Shown in pieces: positions 22,910 to 34,559 of a stretch of DNA of 47,290 nucleotides. Position numbers and translations under genes: made by a program. The stretch's first letter is position 1, and every line of letters begins with the position of its first letter. Origin of the DNA: Chiloscyllium plagiosum (taxonomy: Eukaryota); the NCBI RefSeq assembly GCF_004010195.1, contig NC_057759.1:6307255-6354544 (forward strand), read 5' to 3'. A model generated the notes under the pieces. That model did not search any database and had not been told where the DNA came from. It saw nothing but the letters and a program-made list of their open reading frames with translations.

Positions 22910-24790
22910 GGATATGACAGTTTCCTTATCTATCTATAGCTGTCAGTTCCTCCTCAGTGAGTGTGTGAGAACAATTATCAAGATGTACCTGTTAAATGTT
23001 GCTCTGTGAATATCTGAGTGATAATTACAGTTTGATAATTACAATCAGTATAATCTGTGTATACATGTGAGTGAATGCAGTTATGAATCTGTCCCTGTCA
23101 CTCTCTGGTAAATATATTTACATTTTCTCATCACAAAGACAAATAGGGACAGACTGATAACTACACTCATACATTCACATAACATAAACTGACAGGTGCA
23201 GATTGATAACTGAACTCATGTATCCACATAGAGGAAACTGCCAGGGACTGGTTGATAAATAGATTTCATTCATTTTCAATAAATAGAATCAGTCCCTATG
23301 TGTTTCTCTGATGTGGATATGCGAGTTTAGTTATCAATATATACCTGTCAGTTTCTGCCCAGCGAATATGTGTGTTACTTACCAATCTGTCCCAAACAGT
23401 TTCTGCTGTGTGTCAACCTGAACCTGTCAGTTTCAGCTATGAGAATGTGAGTTTCGATATTAGTCTTGACCTGTCAGTTTCTGCTGTACGAATATTAAAT
23501 GCAGTCATCAATTTGTTGCCATCAGTTTATTCTGTGAGAATCTAGATATTGATCTCTACTTGTTAGTTTAAGCTATATCAATATGTGAGTGCAATTATCA
23601 AACAGTGTCTGTCAGGTTTTGCTATTTGACCCCAAAGTATCATTGTCAATCTGTTTCTACTATGTCAATGTGACAGTGTCCTGTCCCTGTCAGTTTCTTC
23701 CCTGTTAATATGTGAATACAGTTATTGATCAGTACCCATCAGCTTCTGCTGTAATGTGGGTGTATTAATTAGACTAGCTGTCAGTTTCAGTGATGTGAAT
23801 GTGGGAATACAGTTATCACTCTCTACCTGTCAATTTCTTCTTTGTCAAACTGAGTGTAACTGTCAATCTATATCTTTCAGATTGTGTGAATACATAAATA
23901 TAGTTGTCAATCTGTAATTGTCAGTTTCTGCTTGGTGAATATGTTTGTGTAATTGTCAATCCTTCCAGTTTCTACTATGTGACTGTGTGAGCTGAGATTT
24001 CATCTGTCGCAATCAGTTTCTGCTTTGTGACTGCGAGAGATCAGTTATCAATCTTTCCCGGTCAGGCTCTGTAGTGTCAGAGTTTGAGTGTATTTATTAA
24101 TCTTTCCCTGTCAGTTTGTGTGACTGTAGTTATCAACCTGTACCTCTCAGATTCTACTTTATGAATATATAAGTATAGTTATCCATTTGATTTGATCTGA
24201 TCTGATTATTGTCACATGCACTGAGATACAATGGAAAGTATTGTTTTGTGCACTTTACAGGCAGATAATATCATACAAAATGCATCAGGGTAATAGAACA
24301 GAATCCGCAATACAGTATTAAAGCTGCAAAGAGAGAGATTAGCGTTAAAATTTGAGCGAGATTCGAGTGGTGCGAGAAAGGCACAGCAGGTCAGGCAGCA
24401 TCCGAGGTGCATTATGGATAGAATGTAGGTGTTCTACAAGGTGGACACCAAAATCTACATTCAGTTTCCCCAACATAGAGGAGACCACATTGTGTGCATT
24501 TTCCTTGCCACCGTCAGTTCTGAGGACCAGTCACTAGACCCGAAATGCTGCCACACCTGTGAATTTTCCACTAATTTCTGTTTTGTTATCAATCTCAATC
24601 TGTCAGTTTCTCCTCTGTGAATATGTGAGTGTCGTTATCAAAGTGTACACGTCAATTTAGGTGATTTGAAATTGGGAGCATAATCAATCTACGAGGAGAA
24701 GGGCCTGTGCCCGAAACGTCGAATCTCCTGTTCCCTGGATGCTGCCTGACCTGCTGTGCTGTTCTAGCAATAAAGTTTCAGCATAACCAA
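22910..24790 (+). repeat. Degenerate ~47-bp tandem repeat (approx. CCTGTCAGTTTCTGCTGTGTGAATGTGAGTGTAGTTATCAATCTGTA); also at 1-290
   Basis: Recurrent CTGTCAGTTTC and GTTATCAATCT at about 47-nt spacing (e.g. 23423 and 23470). Confidence 0.8.
24692..24779 (+). mobile_element. Penelope-type terminal fragment with ~15-bp TSD (AGCATAAYCAATCTA at 24677-24691 and 24780-24794)
   Basis: GAAGGGCCTGTGCCCGAAACGTCG...GATGCTGCCTGACCTGCTG. Confidence 0.7.
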
Positions 24791-24798
24791 TCTATTCA

Positions 24799-25204
24799 NN
24801 NNNNNNNNNNNNNNNNNNNNNNNNNNNNNNNNNNNNNNNNNNNNNNNNNNNNNNNNNNNNNNNNNNNNNNNNNNNNNNNNNNNNNNNNNNNNNNNNNNNN
24901 NNNNNNNNNNNNNNNNNNNNNNNNNNNNNNNNNNNNNNNNNNNNNNNNNNNNNNNNNNNNNNNNNNNNNNNNNNNNNNNNNNNNNNNNNNNNNNNNNNNN
25001 NNNNNNNNNNNNNNNNNNNNNNNNNNNNNNNNNNNNNNNNNNNNNNNNNNNNNNNNNNNNNNNNNNNNNNNNNNNNNNNNNNNNNNNNNNNNNNNNNNNN
25101 NNNNNNNNNNNNNNNNNNNNNNNNNNNNNNNNNNNNNNNNNNNNNNNNNNNNNNNNNNNNNNNNNNNNNNNNNNNNNNNNNNNNNNNNNNNNNNNNNNNN
25201 NNNN
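24799..25204. other. Assembly gap (406 N)
   Basis: N run. Confidence 1.
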
Positions 25205-26444
25205 CCACTTTTGCTCTGTGTGCAACAGTGACGAGTCAAGTATGTGGATGCCATTCTCTTTCTACGTTCAGTTGTGTTTTTTCAGGCAGCATGTAGGATA
25301 AACCAGTTCAATGTTCGCTAAACCTGTGTGATTGAGGGATTAATGTTGGTTCAATACTTACCTTTGCAAAGAATTTGAATTTTACTGTATTAAATATCAG
25401 GTTTAATTTTACATTTTGTGTGTGCAGTAGTCTTTGTCAGTTGCTGCTCGGCACTGCTATAATGTAACATCTAACACTAACATCTTCAGAAGTGATTAAT
25501 AATTTGGTCAGTCAATTTATGACCGTCCATATCTGGAAATACTTGTTGGCCTAAATTGCATTTTTCTCCATTTAAACATTAACTGGCTAAATGTGAGTGA
25601 GTTTTCTGTTGGGCTCCAATCTGTATCACTTTGAAGAGTGGTACTGGTCTATATCACACCGACATTGTATGTCTCTTTGTGTTTCCAGTCCTGCATGTCA
25701 TAACCTGATGCAATTTATGAGGTGGGTTTAATGTCTTATCAATTAGTGTTTCATACATTAAAAGGTGTGGAAATACTTCTGCATTACTCAGGCCCTCAAC
25801 CAGAATGGGAGTGTGGATAAAGTGTATTTTCATCAACACCAGGCTGAGAAACAGACAGACAGATGTGTATGCACGTGTGTGAATGGGCTTTCAGCATCCT
25901 CTCTAGAAGCATTCTCTGTCGATAAGGCTTGACCAAGAGGTACATTTGGAATTTACATTGTTTGATTATTGCCTTTGCACAGGACAACTATTTAGCAAAA
26001 GAATAAATTTGTCCTGCTCAGTTACTCAATGTCCAACTTTGCTTCTATATCTCCACTCAATATCAACTTCATTTCTATATCTGCACTCAATATCAACTTC
26101 ATATATACTTGTTATAACAATATAACAGCATGATTGATTATTGATTATAACTTTAAAAATGCCTATTCTACACATGGAGTTAATGCAGCTCAAATGTATA
26201 TTTATTACAAGCATACAGTCTAACCTGCTCTAATCTTATGATAATTGGCTTTGAATAATGGAATTTTCCATCACGGAGGTGGTATGCATTGAGAACAGGG
26301 TGAAATAATATAGATTTATATATCGTCAGCTGTGTTTAACTCTTGGATTGAATTGTACTTCAGGAAATTGAGCTCAATGTGTGTCTGACTCAATCCACTC
26401 AGACAGTGGAAAGGACATTCTCCTCTCTGACAATGGTAACATAC

Positions 26445-26499
26445 CTGCTGGGTGTGAGAAGCAGCTGGTCACCCTTGGATTGATCCATCAAATATTTGC
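26445..26499 (-). other. Putative exon 2 (55 nt) downstream of element copy 3
   Basis: Acceptor CTCTCTTTTGTCTTTCTCCAG|G and donor CAG|GTATGT. Confidence 0.5.
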
Positions 26500-26992
26500 C
26501 TGGAGAAAGACAAAAGAGAGGGCTCCGGTACATCACTAGCAGCTGAGTAGGAAGACATCAAATGATCAATGCAATATTCAGGTCATGATCATTATAATTC
26601 TTTGTTTTTGAACAAGGTAAGGTGAACAGAGCAGAACGTGGTTCCACTCGAGACCTGAGCACCTTCCAGTCTTTTTCTATTTTCGAAATTCAAAATCATT
26701 TTCCTAAGATAAAAATAAACTAACCAAGAAGTGCACAGCTCCACAAATGGAATGATTGCACAGTTCAATATCCAACTCCCAATACACCAACTGTTGAAAG
26801 ACGAACACTAGACCATTTCACATGCTTTGAGACGTTTCCCGGTGCCTGCGATATTTACCCTTCACAGGGTTATTACATTTGTTTCTACTGTCCTTTATTT
26901 CAATGTCTATTCGCAACAAACAGCGGAAAATAGAAGCCAAACAATGAATTTCCATCAGTGTTTAGGGGATTAAAATCCACAAGAATATCCCT

Positions 26993-27334
26993 CAGCAGCT
27001 TCTTCCCGCTCTGCCTCCCTCAGCAGGCCCACACACAGCCCGAGAAAGGCCTCTCTCTTCCCCCCAGCCCGCTCACTCCAAGTTCCGGGCCCAGTTCCTG
27101 CTCCGCTCGGCCTCTTACAAACAGCCCCCGGTTCTCCCTGAACTCACCCCGAATCAATCCCGGTCTCGGAGCCCCCTCTGTGTCCCAGGCTCCCATCCCG
27201 ATGTGCTGCTGGAAGGAGCCTGCTGTTCCGTCGCTTCCCTGGGCGCTGATCTCTCCATTGCGGTCTGTTTCAAACAAACCTCTTGCACTCACTGAGTAAA
27301 TGCTCCTCAATGGCAGCGCTGGGGGAGGGTCTCA
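26993..27334 (-). other. Conserved element, copy 3 (donor at 27142-27147; NRF1-type motifs at 27334-27343 and 27382-27392)
   Basis: Direct repeat of copy 1. Confidence 0.6.
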
Positions 27335-27567
27335 CGCATGCGCTCCTCTCGTAAGAAACAATAAGCATAGGAGGGCAATATTGCGCATGCGCTACTCTCC
27401 AAATGCCTCCCAGAAACAAAATGTTTTTGTTTATTCACTCCTGGAACGTGGATGTCGCTGGCATTTATTCTCCATCCCTTTGAGAAGGGGGTGGTCAGCT
27501 ACCTTCAGGAACAGTTGTTGTCCATGTGCTGCCCACAATGTCATGAACAGGGAGTTCCAGGGTCTTG

Positions 27568-27798
27568 GAGGAGAAAGTGAGGACTGCAGATGCTGGAGAT
27601 CAGAGCTGAAAATGTGTTGCTGGAAAAGCGCAGCAGGTCAGGCAGCATCCAAGGAACAGGAGAATCGACGTTTCGGCATAAGCCGTTATTCAGGAAGGGC
27701 TTTCCTGAAGAAGGGCTTATGCCCGAAACGTCGATTCTCCCGCTCCTTGGATGCTGCCCTGACCTGCTGCGCTTTTCCAGCAACACATTTTCAGTTCT
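27568..27798. mobile_element. Palindromic Penelope-type element, TSD AGGGTCTTG (27559-27567, 27799-27807)
   Basis: Inverted arms of about 95 bp; hammerhead-like core at 27705-27729; empty site in the paralog at 14571-14590. Confidence 0.85.
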
Positions 27799-27984
27799 AG
27801 GGTCTTGATCCAGTGACAGTGAACGAAAGTGGCTTTATTTCCAAGTCAGCATGGTGAGTGTCTGGGGAGAGGAACTTGTCCGATTTCAAGGCGGTATTCC
27901 CTGACATCAACTGCCTTTATCCTTTTAGATGGAAGTAGTCGCGATTTGGAAGGTCTTCCTTTTACAAATTACAAAACTAAAATC

Positions 27985-30900
27985 TCTTTGTCAGCGGCAC
28001 AGACAGACTTCTCCCCGGCCGATAGTGAGAAATCAGAACAGTGTGTTGCCTCCCTGGTGCCAGAACCAAGGACATCTCTGAGAGAGTGCAGGATATTCAC
28101 AAGGGGGAGTACAGATTGGAACTAACTACATGGGAAGAGAAAGGGATGAAATTCCGAAGGAAGAATAAGGAAGAGAGGCAAGAATTTAGAAAGGAGGTCC
28201 TCTCCGGTAGTAATATCTAGATTACTCCCACTGTGACGAGCAAGTGAGGGAAGGAATAAAATGATAGGGCAGAGGAATGCCCAACTCAGGAGCTGTTGCA
28301 GGGGAGAGGTGTTCTCATTTTTGGATCATTGGAATATCTTCTGGGGAAGAAATGACAGGTATAAAAAGGAAGCCTTGCACCTGAATTGGAAGGGATCTAA
28401 TATACTGGTAGGGACATTTCCTTGAGCTGCTGGGGAGGGGTTAAACTGGTAAGGTGTGGGGGTGGGGGGAGGTCAGTGGGAACCAGGGAGATAGTGAAAA
28501 AAAAAAGATCTGAGACTGGTAATCAGTAAGTCAAACACCCATGGCTGACAGGAACATAGCAGAGAATGAGATAGGATTGATAACTTAAATTGCATTTATT
28601 TCAATGCAAGAGGCCTAACAGGGAAGGAGGATGAACTCAGGACATGGTCAGGAAAAATGGGATTGGAATTGTGATATCACAGCAATTACAGAGACATGGT
28701 TTGAGGATGACACACCTGGCAGCTTAATGTTCCAGGAATAAAATGTTATAGGAAGGATGGGGGGAGGGGTCAGCAAGAGAAAATGGGGAGTGACATGTTT
28801 GGTAAGAGATAAGGTCACACCTTTACTTAGGGATGATATTCCTGGGCTTATATCCATGGAAATTATTTGGGTGGAACTGAGAAATAAGAAAGGGTTTGAT
28901 CACCTTATTGGGATTGGACTGTAGATGCCCCAACAATCAGCAGGAAATTGAGAAACGAATTTGTCAGGAGATCTTACATCTGCAGGAATAATGGTGTGGC
29001 TATGGCAAGGAATTGTAACATTCCAAACATTGTCTAAACTATTAAGAAATTCCTCTCTGGGGCTGCCATATTGTTAAGTGTGTACAAGAATATTTTCTGA
29101 TTCAGTATGTGAATGTACCTTCTAGACAAGGTGCAAAACTTAATCTACTCTTGGGATATAATGATGTTTCAGTGGGGAAGCACTTTGGGGCCAGCGACCA
29201 TAATTTTAATAGTTTTAAAACTGTGATGGAAAAGGATAGTCAAGATCTAAAAGTTAAATTTCTAATTTGGAGGAAGGCCAATTTTGAGAGTATTATGCAA
29301 GAACTTTCAAAAGTTGACTGAGGGCAGATGTTCGCAGGCAAAGTGGAAAATGGGAAGCCTTCAAAAATGAGAAAACAAGGATCCAGAGACAGTATGTCCT
29401 GTTAGGGTGAAATGCATGACTGGTAGGTGTAGGAAATGCTGGATGAGAAAATAAGTTGAGGTTTTGGTCTAAATAAGAAGGAAGCATATTTTAGTTAAGT
29501 ACAGCAGAGGTTGAGTGAATCCTTCAAAGAGTATAAAGGCAGTAGGGATATACTTAAGAAGGAAATCAAAAGGGCATAAAAATGGACATAACATAGCTTT
29601 GGCAAATAGTGTTAAGGAAAATTCAAATAGATTTTATAAATACATGAAGGTCAAAAGGGTAACCAGGGAAAGAATAGGGCCCAGCAAAGATTAGCAAGGC
29701 AGCCTATGTGTGGAACAACAGGAAATGTGGGAGATACCAAGCAAGTGCTTGCTGAGGAGAAGGAACTGGAAGAGAGAGAATGTGGGGAAACAGATGGTGA
29801 CAGTTTGAAAAATGTCCATAATACAGAGGAGGTGCTATTGGATGTTTTTAAATGGAAAAAGTGCATAAAGCACACCCGATCTGTTGCACCCTGAAATAAA
29901 GTGAAAAGCTAGGGAAGTGATTGCTGAGGTATTTGTATCATCAATAGTCACAGGTGATGTGCAAAAAGACTGGAGGCTGGCTAACATGGTGCCACTATTT
30001 AAGAAAGGTGGTAAGGAAAAGCCAGGGAACTATTGAACAGTGAATGTCATAGAGATGTACAGTATGGAAACAGATCCAATGGTCCAACCAGTCTATGCCG
30101 ACCAGATATCCCAACCACATCTAGTCCCACTTTCCAGCGTCCGGCCCATATCCCTCCAAACCCTTCCTATTCATATACCCATCCAAATGCCTCTTAAATG
30201 TTGCAAATGTACCAGCCTCCACCACTTCCTCTGGTTGCTCATTACATACACGTACCACCCCTTGTGTGAAAAAGTTGCCCCGTAGGTCCTAGGATCTTGC
30301 CATTAAGTGTATAAGTCCTGCTAAGATTTACTTTCCCAAAATGCAGCACCTCGCATTTATCTGAATTAAACTCCATTTGCCACTTCTCAGCCTATTGGCC
30401 CTTCTGGTCCAGATCCTGTTGTAATCTGAGGTAACCCTCTTCGCTGTTCACTACACCTCCAATTTTGGTGTCATCTGCAAACTTACTAAATGTACCTCTT
30501 ATGTGCGCATCCAAATCATTTATGTAAATGATAAAACATAGAGAACCCAGCACCGATCCTCGTGGCACTCCACTGGTCACAGGCCTCCAGTCTGAAAAAC
30601 AACCCTCCATCACCACCACCCTCTGTCTTCTACCTTTGAGCCACATCGACAGTAGGCAAACAGTTGAAGAGATTCTGAGAGACTGGATTTACATATTTTT
30701 GAAAGGCCAGGGTTGATTATGGGGAGTCAACATGGCTTTCTGCGTAGGAAGTCATGTATCTCTGACTCAACTGAGTTTTTTTGAATTGGTGAAGAAGAGG
30801 ACTGATGAGGGAAAAGTGGTGGATGTGATCTATATGGCCTTCAAGTAAGGCGTTTGACAGGGTTCCCCATTGGAAATTGGTTAGCAAGATTAGATCACAT

Positions 30901-31725
30901 GGAATACAGGGAGAACCAACCATTTGGATACAGAACTTGTTCGAAGGTAGAAGACAGAGGGTGGTGGTGGGATGCTTTTCAGATTGGAGGCCTGTGACAA
31001 GTGCTCACTGCATGGTCCACTGCTTTTCACCATTTATATAAACGATTTTAGTTAAAAAATGACAGAACACCAGGTTATAGTCCAACAGGTTTATTTGGAC
31101 ATACAAACTTTCGGGGTGCTGCCCCTCCTTCAGGTGTCTATGTTCTGAAAGCTTGTGCTTCCAAAGAAATCGGTTGGACTATAACCCGGTGTTGTGTGAT
31201 TTTTAACTTTGCACATCCCAGTCCAACACCTGCACCTCCACAATATTATGAATGATTTGGTTGTGAAGTTGCATGTATTGTTAGTAAGTTTGCAGATTAC
31301 ACAAAAATTGGAGGTGTAGTGTACAGCAAAGAAGGCTACCTCAGAATACAACAGGTTCTTGATCAGATGGGCCATTGGACCCAGGAGTGGCATATTGAGT
31401 TCAATTTTAATCAGTATGAGCTGCTGCAATTTGGAAAGGCATATCAGGGCAGGACTTACACACTTAATAGTAAGGTCCTGTGGAGTGGTGCTGAACAAAG
31501 AGACCTTGGAATGCAGGTTCACTGTTCCTTGAAAGTGGAGTTATAGTTAGATAGGATAGCAAAGAAGGCATTTGATATTTTCTCTTTATTGATCAGAGCT
31601 TTGATTATGTGACTTTGGAGAATATGTTGTGAGTGTACAGAACATCGTTTATGCCATTTTTGGAATATTAGGTGCAATTCTGGTCTATCTCCTATAGAAA
31701 GGATGTTGTGAAACTTGAAACGGCT
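27985..31725 (+). mobile_element. Decayed CR1 (paralog of 11005-14395)
   Basis: FLDHWNIFWGRNDRYKKEALHLNWKG; CIYFNARGL; AITETW; RT motifs. Confidence 0.88.
30044..30642 (-). mobile_element. Nested CR1 3' fragment specific to the right arm
   Basis: WRPVTSGVPRGSVLG...KFADDTKIGG, tail at 30046; the site is empty at about 12090-12100. Confidence 0.85.
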
Positions 31726-32705
31726 ATTCAAGATAGTTTTTGGTCAAACGAAAAGGCCTACAATTTGGGAAGAAATTTAGCAAAAGACGTGAAGGCTGCA
31801 AACATCCAAATTCAGCAAATGACAGCGAAAAGGGATTTGATTAACAAAGAGCAAATGAAGAAAACCGTAACTTTGTGGAAGCCATTAAAGAAAAAGAAAA
31901 TGTTGAAGCACTAATAAATGTGTAAAGAGAGAAATAGGTTGGTAAAGAGGACCATATGTCACTTACAACATAAAAGAGGGGAGTTCAAAATTTGGAACAA
32001 AAACATCTTCAAAAATCGCTAACATACTGTTGTTTTCTGTTCAGAGATGTTCACATAACTAACACAGTAGTAATGTTGGGAGTTTAGTGAGAGGGAAAAA
32101 CTGAACCAAATCAGTATTATTTGGGAAATGATGTTGGGATAGTGGATAGGATTGAAGGTTGTGAAACACCAGGTCTTGATCATCTACGTCCCAGAGTATT
32201 TAATGTAGTGGACTGAGTAATAGTGGATGCAGTGGTGGTCATGTTCCAAGATTCCATAAACTCTGCAGTAATTTACTCAGATTGGGGGTGAGCTAGTGTA
32301 AGCAATCCAATGGAAAAGGCAGGTAGGCATAAAATTGGGAACTATAGACCAGTCAGCCTGCAGGGAAATATCAAATGAAAGCTTCAATTGCGAAGCATTT
32401 GACAAAACAGTATTCAGGATCTGCTGGAGTCAGCATGAACATGAAGGGCCTGTTCCAGTGCACACTGTTCTGTCTTCTAAGGTTGACAAACCGACTGGCC
32501 ATCTTTGAGGGTGTAAACAGTAGAGCTGATGAGAGTGTAACAGTTACTGAGGAGAAGAACTGCAACTAACTCCCTGGACACCGCAGCAAAGGCTGAAAGG
32601 AAGAGAAATTCTATCCTTCCACACTTTCTGGCGTGTGACTATGTGAATGTGAATATTGTGTCAGAGAGACTGGAGGCAAACGGCGGACGGTTAGTCTGAC
32701 GTAAC

Positions 32706-33135
32706 TGTGTTTGTGTGTCCGCTAACATTATGATATTTCCAAGTCTCTCTTATGTAACTCAAAAATATTTACAATTCAAATTATCTCCCTGCTTCCCTTC
32801 TAAACCCCAAAGGTAGATTTGAAGGCAATATATTTGTTAGTTTCAAGATTTCGGTCTAAAAGTAGCGACAATGTCACCGTTCAGCTCAGAGAGCGCCATC
32901 AGTGCAGCAGCAAAGTGCGTTTAACTCGACAACGGAGCCGTCATTTCGAGTGAAAACTTTTCAGCCGTAAAGCTTCCCGTGTCAGGGTGAGGAGCGATCG
33001 AGCCTGGCTCTCTGGAGATGCGGAATTTCAGAGGAATCGGAGAGTTTAGGCCGTTAGAGAAACACAGAAAGGCAGCAGGAGCAGGGAGCTGACGGCGGGT
33101 TGTCCCTGCGCCGTCCGCTCGCTGCCTTGAAGTTG
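32706..33135 (+). promoter_or_regulatory. H1 copy B promoter: TG box (32706-32712), H1/AC box (33060-33066), GC box (33094-33099), CGTCCGC (33112-33118)
   Basis: Motifs read directly. Confidence 0.8.
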
Positions 33136-33214
33136 CTCAGTGCCGCCACCAGCAGCTTCATTGCTTACCCAGTTCAGACTGACCCAGAGAGAGATTCAGC
33201 GCAGAGTTCTCAAC

Positions 33215-33895
33215 ATGAGCGACAGTGCAGCCGCCGAAACGGCTCCGCCAGCCGCCGCTCCTACTAAAGCCAAGGCTCCCAAGAAGAAGGCGGCGGCTCC
33301 CAGGAAAAAAACACCCGGTCCCGGGTTGGGAGAGCTGATTCTGAAGGTTGTCGGGGATATCAAGGATCGCAAAGGGGCGTCTCTGTCCGCTGTAAAGAAG
33401 GGGCTGGAGAGAAGCGGGATCGATGTGGGAAAGCGAAAGGCACAGATCAAGATGAGTATCAGGAGGTGCCTGGCGAACGGCTCCCTTGTTCTGGTCAAGG
33501 GCCATGGCGTCTCCGGCTCCTTCAAACTCCCAAAGAATCCAGTCAAGGCAAAAGCGGGAAAGAAGGCGGGAACATCAGCGGCCGCCAAGAAACCGGCCGT
33601 GAAGAAATCACCGGCCAAGAAGGTGACAACGAAGAAATCCCAGGCCAAGAAAGCGACAGTGAAGAAATCCCCAGCCAAGAAAGCGATAGCCAAGAAATCC
33701 CCAGCCAAGAAAGCGAGCGGCAAGAAGCCGGCACCGCCAAAGAAAGCGGTGAGCAAAGCAGCGCCAAAGAAACGGACTCCCGTGAAGAAGGTGAAAAAGG
33801 CCAAGGGCCTTAAAGCCCCCAAATCCCTCAGCAAACCGGCTAAAGGCAAGGCCAAGCCCAAAGCGAAAGTGACCAAGACAGCAGCAAAGAAATGA
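33215..33895 (+). CDS. H1: Linker histone H1, divergent subtype, copy B (226 aa)
   Basis: Paralog of copy A, with about 9 aa substitutions and one fewer 10-aa tail repeat. ATG at 33215, TGA at 33893-33895. Confidence 0.97.
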   Translation: MSDSAAAETAPPAAAPTKAKAPKKKAAAPRKKTPGPGLGELILKVVGDIKDRKGASLSAVKKGLERSGIDVGKRKAQIKMSIRRCLANGSLVLVKGHGVSGSFKLPKNPVKAKAGKKAGTSAAAKKPAVKKSPAKKVTTKKSQAKKATVKKSPAKKAIAKKSPAKKASGKKPAPPKKAVSKAAPKKRTPVKKVKKAKGLKAPKSLSKPAKGKAKPKAKVTKTAAKK

Positions 33896-33931
33896 ACCAG
33901 TCGATGTAACATATAACCATCTGAACCCAAA

Positions 33932-33972
33932 GGCTCTTATCAGAGCCACCCACATCTCTCAGGTAAAAGCTG
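33932..33972 (+). terminator. Histone stem-loop (33932-33947) and HDE-like AAAAGCTG (33965-33972) of H1 copy B
   Basis: CCCAAAGGCTCTTATCAGAGCCACCCA read directly. Confidence 0.95.
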
Positions 33973-34559
33973 AGCCCGGATCCAATGTTCCTTGTCCCAG
34001 CGCCGCGCGCAGACCTACCTCAGTTATTAATCGATCTGAATAACTCAAACACTCATGCCATGGTTTACGAGAGCGCAACCTGTTGAATGCGGAAGGGATC
34101 AAATAGGGACGGTCGGGTTTATTGATCTCCATCTGGTTATTTCACTTCGCGACTTATAACCCTACCGAGTCACGAATATGACATATCGTAGTATTTGTAT
34201 TTCACTGACCCGTTCAGGAATTTTGTTCAGTTTTCATTCTGGGACGCTGCGCATGTTTTCATGGCGCGTTCCTTCCATCTACCTGCTACAGACAGTAATT
34301 CCACATTGGCTTCAGCCTAATTACAATCTGAGGATAATAAAAAAAAACAGCTAAAGTAAGATTCTGTCCTTTTATCGGTGTACACTGCATTTACTTTTAA
34401 GATTTTTAAATTGGCGGGTTGTTTAGATTGATTCACGGCCGGTACAAGTTCGGCTGTTCAGTTGGTCTGGGCTATTCTAAACCCCGCCTTTCCTCCTGCC
34501 TGTTACAGACAGATCAGGCAATGATCCCACCTCCTCTCTCCGCTGACAGCTAACTGGGT

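Larger units (their letters stand above)
19870..24790. repeat. Older duplication arm, inverted paralog of about 36000-41720
   Basis: The same CR1 3' end joins the same unique flank (about 22390 vs 39645). Both carry the same degenerate tandem array with the same internal orientation switch and a shared Rex-type tail. Confidence 0.85.

Noticed and set aside
22910..24790. CRISPR-like array or C2H2 zinc-finger array
   Set aside because: Eukaryotic context, degenerate units without unique spacers, period about 47 rather than 84 nt, and no open frame or TGEKP linkers.
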